A stretch of 64,000 nucleotides of DNA from a virus (IMGVR_UViG_3300033075_000716:3935-67934); one strand, 5' to 3'; positions 18,893-28,400 are shown, counted from the stretch's first letter. Notes: generated from the letters alone by a model not told the origin. Numbers and translations are program-made.

Positions 18893-21367
18893 GTGACCGT
18901 GCGAATCGCCAAAAACAGTTTCGTTTCAAACGGCGTGGCAACCAGCGACTACCGGCCCACGGCGGTTTATTCGCTGGGCGCTTACCATCCAGCGCTTGAG
19001 CGCGGCACGTTCACTTATTACGACATCGAGGCGATGCGGCGAGATCCGCAATGCCAGATCGGGTTGCGGATTTTGCGCGCGCCCGTCTATCGCGCCGAGT
19101 GGGAAGTGAAGTGCAAAAACGCCAAGGCCGCGCAATGGGCCGATGCTACGCTCAAGCGATTCTGGTCGACCGATCTTGAGAAGGCGTTGCGCATGCTCGA
19201 ATGGGGCAGCGCCGGCGGGGAAGTCGTCTACCGAATCGACAACGACACCGGCCTTGTCGAGTACGTTGAACTTCGCGACATGCACCTTTTCGACATGCGG
19301 GCATTGCAGCAGCATGGGCGGCATGTCGGCATCAAGATCGTTCAAAACAATCGGCGCTTGTTCGCTCCGCGGTTCGCATGGTGGGTCAACGAGCAAGAGT
19401 ATTCCGGGTTGTTTGGCCGGCCGCGATTGGCGGGAGCCTTCGAACCGTGGATGGAGTTGCGCGGCAAGAAAGGCGCGATCGACATTCGGCGTGGGTGGTT
19501 CTTCAAAAACGTGTATCGGTCGCTCATCATGCGGCATCCCCTCGGGACCGTCATGATCGAAGGCCGCGAAATGTCGTGCCAGCAATACGCGCGGCAGATT
19601 ATCGAGGAGGTCGAATCCGGGGCCGGGTTCGCGTTGCCAAGCACGACGGACGAAAACGGCAACGACCAATGGCGCATCGACGACCCGAAGATAAATGGCG
19701 ACGGCACGGTTTTGCTCGAATACCCGAAGCAACTGAACCAAGAGATTTGGACAGGCATGGGCATTCAGCCGGAAGTTGTCCAGGCGAGCGAGACGGGAAG
19801 CGGGTGGAGCGGCCGTAGCGTTCCTTTCACCGTGTTCCTTACCTCTGAGGATCAGATCGTCGATTCGTGCATGAAGGGGTGGAAGCGGAACGCTCTCGAT
19901 CACATGATGCTGGCGAATTTCAACGTAGGTCCGGACGATTACGCGATTGAAGTGAAAAGCCTTGTGCCGACCGATGAGGACCAGAAGGGGCCGGACGGCC
20001 AATCGCCCGGCATGGGTCAACCTGGCAAACCTGGAGGCCAACCGCCGCAAGCGGGGCAACCGTATCGCGGGCCGCGCGGCGGGGTCGGGACGGTCGGAGC
20101 GGGCGGGAAGGTGCAATATGGGGGCGGGACGCAGTTGAGCATGAATGGAACGCTGAGGGACGCCATTCAGGAAGCCGCAGATAATGTAGACACCGACCCC
20201 ACAGACGCACAAAAGGAATCAGGCACATTCCGCAAGGGTCATGTTCGCATCCAGGGTCTTCCAATCGCTATCGAGAATCCCGTTGGCAGTATCCGGAGAG
20301 GAAAGAGTAAAGAAGGCAAAGAATGGTCAATTAAGGTCGGGACGCATTACGGGTACATCAAGAAAACAGAATCGGACGCGGATGGCGACCATATCGACGT
20401 TTTCATAGGCCCAGAGCCGGAAAGTGAACTGGTTTTCGTTGTCGATCAAGTCAAGAAGGACGGGACGTTCGATGAGCATAAATGCCTCATCGGGTTCACC
20501 ACGATGGCGGACGCGAAAGAAGGATACCTTGCGAACTATTCGCCGGGGTGGAAAGGGTGCGGCGACATCACGGCGATGACTATGGACGACTTCAAGGAAT
20601 GGATTTCGACAGGGGACACCAAGAATCCATTCGCGGCCCAGTGTGCGCAATTGAGCCAGGCCGACGAGTGGTTTGATTTGCCGGATGAGGCGTTTAGTGA
20701 TGGGGTTCGAGTTTGGGATGGGGCGAAGTTGTCGGTGGATGCGAGCGGGCATGAGCATCGCGGGACGGGGGAGGGCGGGGGGCAGTTTGTGTCGGGGGGA
20801 GGAGGATCATCGGCCAGCAAAAAAGAAAGCGAATCGAAAGCAAAAGTTAAGGGCGAGGTGACGACCATCAATGAATACCGCGCCGAACACAAGCGGATTA
20901 AAAGCGAATGGGCGAAAGATGTATGGGATGAGGTTCAAAAGAAATGGGACAACGGCGAGACAGTTCAATTCAACACGATGACCAGAACTTCGCCAGTAAG
21001 CCCGAAAAACCGCGCAGCAATGAAGTTCCAAAACGGCATGATTTACGCCGCCCGTGGTAAGCGTTGGGATTCTTTGGATGGCCAAGCAATCGAAACGCTG
21101 GCCCATAATGTCGGCGTGAAAGCGCCGGAATATCCGGACAGACCAGAGGTTGAGGATGTCGAAGAGAAAGCCGCGTACGAAATGACTCGCGACGAATACG
21201 CAATGACATCAAGCGACCCTATTATCCGGGAAGCAAGGCGGAAGGGGCACAAAGAAGAAGTGGAAATCGCTATGGAGTACGGGGATGTGCCCGACCGAGT
21301 TTTAGCCGACTACCCAGACCTGGCCGCGAAGTACGCCGCGAAGAAGAAGGACACCAATGCAAGCTAA
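18893..21367 (+). CDS. portal protein (Mu gp29/DUF935-like) fused to an inorganic-pyrophosphatase-like domain
   Basis: N-terminal portal region (IEAMRRDPQC, LRMLEWGSAGGEVVY, GRPRL). Residues at about 20200-20620 read GHVRIQGLPIAIENPVGS...HYGYI...DGDHIDVFIG...FDEHKCLIGF, matching the InPase domain of phage polyvalent proteins. Confidence 0.8.
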   Translation: MTVRIAKNSFVSNGVATSDYRPTAVYSLGAYHPALERGTFTYYDIEAMRRDPQCQIGLRILRAPVYRAEWEVKCKNAKAAQWADATLKRFWSTDLEKALRMLEWGSAGGEVVYRIDNDTGLVEYVELRDMHLFDMRALQQHGRHVGIKIVQNNRRLFAPRFAWWVNEQEYSGLFGRPRLAGAFEPWMELRGKKGAIDIRRGWFFKNVYRSLIMRHPLGTVMIEGREMSCQQYARQIIEEVESGAGFALPSTTDENGNDQWRIDDPKINGDGTVLLEYPKQLNQEIWTGMGIQPEVVQASETGSGWSGRSVPFTVFLTSEDQIVDSCMKGWKRNALDHMMLANFNVGPDDYAIEVKSLVPTDEDQKGPDGQSPGMGQPGKPGGQPPQAGQPYRGPRGGVGTVGAGGKVQYGGGTQLSMNGTLRDAIQEAADNVDTDPTDAQKESGTFRKGHVRIQGLPIAIENPVGSIRRGKSKEGKEWSIKVGTHYGYIKKTESDADGDHIDVFIGPEPESELVFVVDQVKKDGTFDEHKCLIGFTTMADAKEGYLANYSPGWKGCGDITAMTMDDFKEWISTGDTKNPFAAQCAQLSQADEWFDLPDEAFSDGVRVWDGAKLSVDASGHEHRGTGEGGGQFVSGGGGSSASKKESESKAKVKGEVTTINEYRAEHKRIKSEWAKDVWDEVQKKWDNGETVQFNTMTRTSPVSPKNRAAMKFQNGMIYAARGKRWDSLDGQAIETLAHNVGVKAPEYPDRPEVEDVEEKAAYEMTRDEYAMTSSDPIIREARRKGHKEEVEIAMEYGDVPDRVLADYPDLAAKYAAKKKDTNAS

Positions 21368-24300
21368 ATTCGACGGCGACGAAATCGTAGTACGTCTCAC
21401 GCCAAAGCATCCCAAGTACGCGGACCTGGCCCGCATGCTCTACGCCCGTCGCATGGGCGATGCGATCACGCTGAGCCGCGACGCCGTAGGCCACGAGCAC
21501 GGAAACGACGGACGATTCGCGTCAACCGGCGGGATCGGCGGGGGGACGTCCGTTGTCGACGCGCCAAAGGAAGCGAAAACCGACAAGCCGAAAACCGTTG
21601 CTGACATTCACACCCAAGCCGACGCCCTTGCCGAAAACCACGCAAACAGCGGCATTCTCGCCAAACTTGGGGCAGCGGGAAAGTGGATGAAGGACAAGAC
21701 CAAGGCGGTCTATGATCGGATGGAGAGCCGATACGGGCGCAAGACGGCTATCGCGATCTTCGCGGCTGGGCACGTCGCGGGCCTGGCGACGCCGCTCGTA
21801 GTGGTCCCTGGGTCAACGCTGATCGGCATGGCTCCATTCGCGGCCATGGCGGAGATTTACTTGCAAGCGAGGAAGGGCGCGAAGGCAATCGGCTTGAGCC
21901 AACTTGATGAACTTTCCGTCGATGAAATTTTGGCGGAAGGGGCGAAGCTGGCGGATGAGTTACGCGAGGCGTGGGAGGGGTATCAGGAAACGAAGTTGAG
22001 CGCGTCGCATGCGCCAGTTGGCGGGGTCACGATTCAGGGGCGTGAGTTCGCGGGGGGCGAGTTCATTCCGGGTGATGTGATGGCGCAGGCCACGGGGGTG
22101 GAGAAGGCAAAAGTGGGTGGAGCGAAATCGAACAGCGGCAACAATGCCCAAGCAAGCACGAGAGAGGATAGGATTGCCGCAAAAAAGAAGATGCGAAACG
22201 ACGTTCGCGTCGCGGCTAAAGAAGCGTTCGGAGACAAGATCGAGGTCGATGGGAATGAAATTTCAATCCAAGATAACGGACGAGGAATCGATTTGGAGTT
22301 CTACCCAAAGAACAAATCGGTATTTGTGGAATTTACCCAAACGCCAAGCAAAGTAGTCGATAAAAGCACGAAACAAAACACGCGAACCGCATGGGACACG
22401 ACAGCGAAAAATCTGCAAACCGGAACAGTGGACTTGGCGCATAAGTTCAAGGGGTTCATTCAGAAAATGCGAACCTCTGGCGTAGGAGTCGAATATGAAA
22501 CGACTGAACCGAGACGCGCCAGAATTTACGCGAAAGTTCTTTCGGACGCAGGATTCGAGCAAGCAGAATCCGACGATTCGGGAAGGGTTGTCTGGAGGCC
22601 GAAGGTCGACAAGGAATTGGCACTAAGCCAATCCGCCGACGACCTCGAAGACCCCTACCACGCCCTTGCGTCCCTCTACGCCGACCTATGGAACCTGACC
22701 GGCCAAACGCCCGACGATGACGAACTGGAGACGGTAGGCGGCGAACTAGCTGACGGGGGATGGGTTCTTTACCACGATGGGGATCAGTGGAAGGTGCGAG
22801 AGGGGGTTGGCGCGGTTGAGTTGTCGCAAGCCCGCGCCCCTAAAGGGGGGGTTCAAATCGGATCAAGATGGTATGCCGGCGGCAAATGGATTCCATCCGC
22901 CGAGGTCGCCAAAGCGGACCCGGCGACGAAAGCGAAGATTGAGAAATCGGCCGACGAGCATCACGGAAAACGCGCGTCACGCGGAGATGTGGACGTGAAG
23001 GCGCTCAAGGAAAAGCTATCACCCCATGCCGGGCAGACGCTTGACAAACACGAATCGAGATCCGCGAAGTTGGCCTATGCGGCGCTCAAGCGGCATCACG
23101 GCGACTTGCTCTATCATCGCCTGGAGGAATTGGGGAACCAACTGCACGAAGCATTGCAGAACACCCCGGAAGACGAGGAAGGGCAACGCGGGCAGATTTC
23201 GCGGCGATTGAAGGCCGTTCATGACATGCTGACGCGGGCGGAAGGAGAAGGAGTGAAGCAGAGGGAAGTTGCGGAGACGCCGAAGCCGGCCTGGCAGCAA
23301 ACGCAGGCCGAATACGTTGAGGCCAAGCCGCAAGCGGACCCGGCGACCATTGCGAATCCCGGGGCTGTGAAAGAGGAAGCGAAGCCGGCGGGGAAGAAAG
23401 AGCCGTCGATTCAGGCACATGAAAAGATCGCAGACGCATTCAATCGACTTTCAAAAGACGGATTCGCCTCGACGCAAAAACTACGAGAGTCCTTGCCCGA
23501 TATGCCTCAAGAGGAATTCGACACAGCCCTTTATAAGCTGCGCACCGAGCACGGGTTCCACGCCACAGGCGACGACTTGACGAAGATCGATGGCATGGGA
23601 ACGCCGCTACCGAAGCGGACGCAGACCGAAGCGCCCAAGGCGAAGCCGCAACCGGAAAACGAGCCTGTCCCAGAGCCGAAAAAGCCGAAAGAAAAAGCGG
23701 AACATATCGCAGGATTGCTTGGCGACCGGGCAGCTATGCATGATGGGCTTGCTCCGCTGGCAAACGTCTACAACGACTTGCAGCGGCACTATCCCGATAT
23801 GAGCGTGAAGCAGTTTCAAGATTTCCTTAAGGATGCGAAAAAAGAACGCGCCGTGAGTTTGAAGATTTTGAACGAGGTTCGCACGCAGACGCCACAGGAT
23901 CGAAAGGTAAATATCCTTGTTCCAGATGCGCAAGGGAGCAATACGACGCTTGGATTTTTGGGAAGCGTCGATGAGGCGAAATTGGCGGAAGTCGCGAGAA
24001 GGCATTTTGGGGAGCCGAAGGGCGAGACGCCGAAGCCATCCGCCGCGAAACCGATCCATGAGAAAATCAAGGACGTTTTCAACCCGCCAGCGAAAGATAC
24101 CGCCAAGCCGAAAGAATCCATCACGCCCGAGCAAGCTGAAGCCCGCAAGTGGAAGAAGAACGAAGACGGAACATACACGGCACCGAACGGAACGGTATGG
24201 CGGAAAGCCAAAGCGGGCGGGGAAGAATCGCCCGTCACCGGCGAGCCGTTCAAAGGTGGATCGCTGATGCCGATTCATGGGCTTGCGCCGAAGAAACCGC

Positions 24301-25469
24301 AGAGCGAAGGGCAAGGCCAATCGGCTGGGGACGTGAAGCCAAACGAACAGGCCAAAGAACGCGGCAAGCCGCAACCTGTTCAGCAGATGACGCCGGAAGA
24401 TATTGAGGCCGAAAAGCAGCGGCGAGAGGACGGCAAGAAGTGGGACGAAATGAACGCTGGGCCGCTGGGGGAAATGAAGTGGATGGGAGAAAACCCGAAC
24501 GGTAAAGCGATGGCAAACAGCGTGATTTCTCTTTCTCCGTGGCGAGATTACGCAAGCAATATCGGAGAGAATGGAGTCAAGTCGATCATTGAGAAGATTG
24601 AGCCTCTTGTTTCCGCCAAAATAAAAGCCGAAGTTGAGGCGGCGGGGCTGGGACCGAAAGACCAAGAATGGTATTTTGGCCAATTAAAAGACACGAGCGA
24701 TGCAGAGGCTTATGAGCCAAGAAAAACACAAGCGCACGCCAAAGAAGTCCCTTCGAGCCTGTATGCGAGAAATTTAGTGCAAGAGGCTTTATCTGGGGCA
24801 AAAACCGTTTCTGACATGCACGCCATCAACGGCATACTTGCGGACGCGGCCAAGCCGAAAGAGGCACAGCCCGACGCAGCGAGCAAGGAACCGAAGCCGC
24901 AGCCCCCAGCCAATCACGTCCCCCCTACCGTGGCAATCAGCGACCGCGCTTACGCGGATCGATCCTTGACCCACGCTGAGATTGACGCGCACGTCGATTC
25001 CCTCAAGGGATTGAGCGTTGCCCAATTGCGGGAAATTGGGGCGACCGAGGAAGTGCCGGCCAGCGGGAATACCAAGGGGCAGTTGCTTGAAAGTATCCGG
25101 CAATCGCTGCATGGGCGGAAAGAGAACGCGGAGCGGACGGGGAGAGGGAAAACGAAACCGCAAGCCCCAGACCCCAAAACCAACGCCTCGAAAATAGCCG
25201 CCTCATTCGATAAGTTGGACACCGGCCGCAATTACCTCCCAATCGCCAAACTCCGCGCCGCACACCCCGAACTGAGCAAAGCTGACTTTGACGCGGCGGT
25301 CAATCACTTGCGGCGCAACGAAGGTTTCACCGGCGGGGCGCACGAGGGGCGGCATGGACTGACGCAGGAGGAATTGGACACGGCGATTCGCGACGAACGC
25401 GGCGACGGGCAGACACCTACGCTGATCGGGTATTTGTCGAGGCGAAATAATTCCCTTGGCGGAGTTTGA
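21357..25469 (+). CDS. polyvalent (multi-module) head-associated protein
   Basis: 1370 aa, located between portal and MuF. Repeated GGxxxxGxxF/YxGGxxxP motifs, three winged-helix-like modules and P/K/E-rich linkers. Confidence 0.7.
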   Translation: MQAKFDGDEIVVRLTPKHPKYADLARMLYARRMGDAITLSRDAVGHEHGNDGRFASTGGIGGGTSVVDAPKEAKTDKPKTVADIHTQADALAENHANSGILAKLGAAGKWMKDKTKAVYDRMESRYGRKTAIAIFAAGHVAGLATPLVVVPGSTLIGMAPFAAMAEIYLQARKGAKAIGLSQLDELSVDEILAEGAKLADELREAWEGYQETKLSASHAPVGGVTIQGREFAGGEFIPGDVMAQATGVEKAKVGGAKSNSGNNAQASTREDRIAAKKKMRNDVRVAAKEAFGDKIEVDGNEISIQDNGRGIDLEFYPKNKSVFVEFTQTPSKVVDKSTKQNTRTAWDTTAKNLQTGTVDLAHKFKGFIQKMRTSGVGVEYETTEPRRARIYAKVLSDAGFEQAESDDSGRVVWRPKVDKELALSQSADDLEDPYHALASLYADLWNLTGQTPDDDELETVGGELADGGWVLYHDGDQWKVREGVGAVELSQARAPKGGVQIGSRWYAGGKWIPSAEVAKADPATKAKIEKSADEHHGKRASRGDVDVKALKEKLSPHAGQTLDKHESRSAKLAYAALKRHHGDLLYHRLEELGNQLHEALQNTPEDEEGQRGQISRRLKAVHDMLTRAEGEGVKQREVAETPKPAWQQTQAEYVEAKPQADPATIANPGAVKEEAKPAGKKEPSIQAHEKIADAFNRLSKDGFASTQKLRESLPDMPQEEFDTALYKLRTEHGFHATGDDLTKIDGMGTPLPKRTQTEAPKAKPQPENEPVPEPKKPKEKAEHIAGLLGDRAAMHDGLAPLANVYNDLQRHYPDMSVKQFQDFLKDAKKERAVSLKILNEVRTQTPQDRKVNILVPDAQGSNTTLGFLGSVDEAKLAEVARRHFGEPKGETPKPSAAKPIHEKIKDVFNPPAKDTAKPKESITPEQAEARKWKKNEDGTYTAPNGTVWRKAKAGGEESPVTGEPFKGGSLMPIHGLAPKKPQSEGQGQSAGDVKPNEQAKERGKPQPVQQMTPEDIEAEKQRREDGKKWDEMNAGPLGEMKWMGENPNGKAMANSVISLSPWRDYASNIGENGVKSIIEKIEPLVSAKIKAEVEAAGLGPKDQEWYFGQLKDTSDAEAYEPRKTQAHAKEVPSSLYARNLVQEALSGAKTVSDMHAINGILADAAKPKEAQPDAASKEPKPQPPANHVPPTVAISDRAYADRSLTHAEIDAHVDSLKGLSVAQLREIGATEEVPASGNTKGQLLESIRQSLHGRKENAERTGRGKTKPQAPDPKTNASKIAASFDKLDTGRNYLPIAKLRAAHPELSKADFDAAVNHLRRNEGFTGGAHEGRHGLTQEELDTAIRDERGDGQTPTLIGYLSRRNNSLGGV

Positions 25470-25529
25470 TAAATAACACTTCCCCGTCCGGTTGACCGCC
25501 GGGCAATTTGTACGCCATACCATAGAATC

Positions 25530-25847
25530 ATGAAAACCCTATCCCAACTCGCCCGCGCCGCCGAACATCGCCTTGCCGTAATCCAGGCCGTGCAAGAATG
25601 CCTCCACGTTCCCGAAAACGTACTGGCCAATTATCCGGACGTTCACGAGGTCTACCTGTCCATGCACGGGCGAGAGGATGACGCCGTGCGACTGTCCGCC
25701 CAACTTCCCAAGTCCGAATCCCCAATCCTTGACGCTGTTCTCCAACGAAGCCTCCCCGCCGGCGTCGCCGTCTCGCAAGAAGTCATCCGCCGCGTGCGCG
25801 AGATTGTAAAAAAAAAGCGACCCCCGGAGAGTTCCTTGCCCGAGTGA
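25530..25847 (+). CDS. hypothetical protein
   Basis: ATG 14 nt after TTGTACGC (25508-25515); coupled to MuF. Confidence 0.55.
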   Translation: MKTLSQLARAAEHRLAVIQAVQECLHVPENVLANYPDVHEVYLSMHGREDDAVRLSAQLPKSESPILDAVLQRSLPAGVAVSQEVIRRVREIVKKKRPPESSLPE

Positions 25848-27796
25848 GGGACGTTCTCGCGGAGTATGAGCCGCTTCTTGCCGCGACCATCAGCGACGCC
25901 CTCCTGGCCGGATGGCTCTACGCTGGGCAGCAACTTGCCGAGCGGCCGGAACTGGAAGACGAATTGCCGGAAGAGGACGAAGGCGAGTTATTTCCGTCCA
26001 AGCAATTCGCGGATGACGGACCGCCCGACGACGACGATCCTCCTACCCTTCAACTGCCGGACCCCGACGAAGATTCTCCCATCGAGTTCCCGTTGCTTCA
26101 AGAGGCGGCCGACTCGCTCGCTACGAAGCGTGTCGTCACGCAGGACGAGTTCAACGAAATCAGCGACCGATTGCGCGAACAGGCGTTTTCCATCGCGTCC
26201 GTGGCGAACCTGGACGCCCTGGAGAAGCTACAGACGGCGTTGACCGACGATATTCGCGACGGCGGCACGTTGGAAGAATTCGCGGATCGCGTGGAGGAAG
26301 TTCTTGGAACGTCGGCACTCGCGCCGCACCATATCGAGAACGTCTACCGCACGAACATTGCCGCGGCGATTGGCGAAGCGGAACAAACGATTCTGGATAA
26401 CGAATACGTCAACTCGGCATTTCCTTACGTCGAGGTTGTCGTCACGCATGACGGTCGGACGCGGAAGAGTCACAAGTATTTCGAGACGGGGGGGATTGAT
26501 GGGACAGCGATTTACAGGAGCGATGATCCAGTTATTCGCAAGTTCTGGCCAGGTTCATGGGACTACCAGTGTTTACCTAGAGACGCAGTAGTGAGAACAT
26601 CTACTGGTCCAAAAGACATTTGTAAAATCAAGACAGGGGATTTGGTTTTAACTCACAAGGGAAGACTTCGCCCGGTTCTTGGCTCTCACACGTCCAAAGG
26701 GCCATCGGAAATTGTATCCTTGCACTTCGATGACGGTTCCGTTTGTTCGTTGACTGATAACCATCGTGTTCTTTCCGAGAACGGTTGGGTCGAATCTGGA
26801 CGCCTTAATGTCGGCGACGAGGTTTTCAAGTATTCCAATTCGACCACGGCGGATATGGTAGCCGCAAAAGTAGATGATGGTTTTAAGCCCGGCGTCTCGG
26901 CAAATGAAATCGTGTCGATCTTCGCACGGGCGGGCATTGATCTTTTGGATTTCCAGGCCAATTTCCAATTCGGGAAGATAAAAGTCGAGCCAAAACGGCG
27001 CGACATTGTGATTAAAGGAATACTGAACACCAATGCCGTCAAGGCTGGCGGCAACTATGGTTTCATACTTGGACATCTTGGCGACAAAATTTGGATGCTT
27101 TTCGGGTTGAATGAACTGGTTTCTCTTTTGGGTGTCCGACATTTTCTTTCTGACATCAGGCGTGCGACAATGGGCATGCATAGTGTCTATCATGGCCTGT
27201 CTGACTTCCGGAGTCCTATTAGCCATGTGTGCTCGATTAGCCTCTCTGATCTTCTCTGCACGATCCGGATGAGTTGCGTAATGGGCGGCATTCGCTTCCC
27301 CGCCGCTTCTCATCACGATGCCATTGGCGGCGAATATCCGCATGGCGGCGCGATATTGGATGTTCGCCCGTCTGCAAATTTCAGACAAACTGGCTTTTCC
27401 GGACCTGTACTCAGCGAAAGCGGCATCTATGCCGCCGGGCCAAGAATCGAACTTAGCGATAGCTTTTTTGGAATATGTCGCGGATCGATTTGGTTGTTTT
27501 CTCATACCTACAATTGTACCAGCACGACCAAGAAAGTAAAAGCCAAGAAGAGACTGCCATGGGGCGGCCAGGATGTTTTCAATCTGTCTGTCCTTGATGA
27601 CGAGAGTTTCATTGCCAACGATACCGTCGTCCACAACTGCCGCTGCGGTTCGATCATGTTGACCCGCGAAGACGCCGCGAAAAAAGGCTTGCGCGAAGCT
27701 CAAGAATGGGTACGAACAGGCACGCCGCCCCCTTACACCTACGTCGAACATCCTCCTTTTGAACCGTGGGAGAGGCCGCCGCCGGAGTGGCGTTGA
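25844..27796 (+). CDS. MuF / SPP1 gp7-like head morphogenesis protein precursor containing an intein
   Basis: HIENVYRTNIAAA and HDGRTRKSH motifs; the conserved ...YQ-CRC motif is split by an intein. Confidence 0.85.
   Translation: MRDVLAEYEPLLAATISDALLAGWLYAGQQLAERPELEDELPEEDEGELFPSKQFADDGPPDDDDPPTLQLPDPDEDSPIEFPLLQEAADSLATKRVVTQDEFNEISDRLREQAFSIASVANLDALEKLQTALTDDIRDGGTLEEFADRVEEVLGTSALAPHHIENVYRTNIAAAIGEAEQTILDNEYVNSAFPYVEVVVTHDGRTRKSHKYFETGGIDGTAIYRSDDPVIRKFWPGSWDYQCLPRDAVVRTSTGPKDICKIKTGDLVLTHKGRLRPVLGSHTSKGPSEIVSLHFDDGSVCSLTDNHRVLSENGWVESGRLNVGDEVFKYSNSTTADMVAAKVDDGFKPGVSANEIVSIFARAGIDLLDFQANFQFGKIKVEPKRRDIVIKGILNTNAVKAGGNYGFILGHLGDKIWMLFGLNELVSLLGVRHFLSDIRRATMGMHSVYHGLSDFRSPISHVCSISLSDLLCTIRMSCVMGGIRFPAASHHDAIGGEYPHGGAILDVRPSANFRQTGFSGPVLSESGIYAAGPRIELSDSFFGICRGSIWLFSHTYNCTSTTKKVKAKKRLPWGGQDVFNLSVLDDESFIANDTVVHNCRCGSIMLTREDAAKKGLREAQEWVRTGTPPPYTYVEHPPFEPWERPPPEWR
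26648..27505 (-). CDS. PD-(D/E)xK (DUF559/Vsr-like) endonuclease encoded antisense inside the intein
   Basis: 285-aa ORF from ATG 27505. Basic helical N-terminus (VRKKMSDTQK), then SKYETIVAASL...YSFNHNVAPFWLDFYLPELEIGLEI. Confidence 0.8.
   Translation of the reverse strand: MRKQPNRSATYSKKAIAKFDSWPGGIDAAFAEYRSGKASLSEICRRANIQYRAAMRIFAANGIVMRSGGEANAAHYATHPDRAEKIREANRAHMANRTPEVRQAMIDTMHAHCRTPDVRKKMSDTQKRNQFIQPEKHPNFVAKMSKYETIVAASLDGIGVQYSFNHNVAPFWLDFYLPELEIGLEIQKINARPCEDRHDFICRDAGLKTIIYFCGYHIRRGRIGILENLVADIKASRFDPTVLGKNTMVISQRTNGTVIEVQGYNFRWPFGRVRAKNRAKSSLVS
27513..27540 (-). promoter_or_regulatory. candidate sigma70-type promoter for the antisense endonuclease (leaderless)
   Basis: Minus strand TTTACT-16 nt-TACAAT with an extended TG; the -10 ends 7 nt before ATG 27505. 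Confidence 0.55.
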
Positions 27797-27908
27797 CGCG
27801 AAAGGCAATGCACGAAAGCAAAGTTTGCATTTTCTGCGATTTGCTTTAACCGATTGGCATTTGGTACGGTTGCGCCCTGAAATAAGAACAGGGGGCGAGG
27901 GCGCGAGC

Positions 27909-28400
27909 GTGCAATCGAAAACAGACAAAGACGCGATCAAGGCGGCAATCACGGAACGGGCAAAAGAACTGGTCGGCGAAGCGATGCGCGAATTGACCCA
28001 AGAGGCAGGGTATCCGCTCGCTCGCCTGGCTGAGTTCGCGAACGCCGCCCGCGTGGGGCAACTATTGACTCACGTTCTCGCCACGGCGCGGACATTGTTC
28101 GTTTCCCAAGACGCGGACGATGAGGACGGCAAAGAGAGCGTGAGCATTGCATCCAGGCCGGTGGACGGGGCCGCAAGCAATGTGACGCGGGAGACGATCC
28201 TTGGGGCGTTGGAAGCGATTTGCGGAAAGCAGAGAAAGAAATCATGCCCGCGATGCAACGGCGGGCTAGGTAAACGCCGGCCGTTGAGCGAGTTCCCGGT
28301 GAACATGACGCGAGACGATGGACGCGGCAAATACTGCAAAACATGCGAGCGGAAGCGGAAGCAGGAATACGACGAGAAGAAAAAAAATGCCGCAACCTAA
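27909..28400 (+). CDS. protein with C-terminal Zn finger
   Basis: CPRC...PLSEF...DGRGKYCKTC motif; GTG start. Confidence 0.6.
   Translation: MQSKTDKDAIKAAITERAKELVGEAMRELTQEAGYPLARLAEFANAARVGQLLTHVLATARTLFVSQDADDEDGKESVSIASRPVDGAASNVTRETILGALEAICGKQRKKSCPRCNGGLGKRRPLSEFPVNMTRDDGRGKYCKTCERKRKQEYDEKKKNAAT

Larger units (their letters stand above)
26570..27637 (+). mobile_element. intein (356 aa)
   Basis: Block A CLPRDAVVRT, block B LTDNHRV, block F DVFNLSV, block G VVHN followed by Cys as the +1 residue. Confidence 0.9.

Noticed and set aside
27506-27952. Upstream extension of the antisense endonuclease ORF to 27952
   Set aside because: The extension is antisense to intein block F/G and the MuF C-terminus and has no protein-like motif; ATG 27505 has a promoter candidate.
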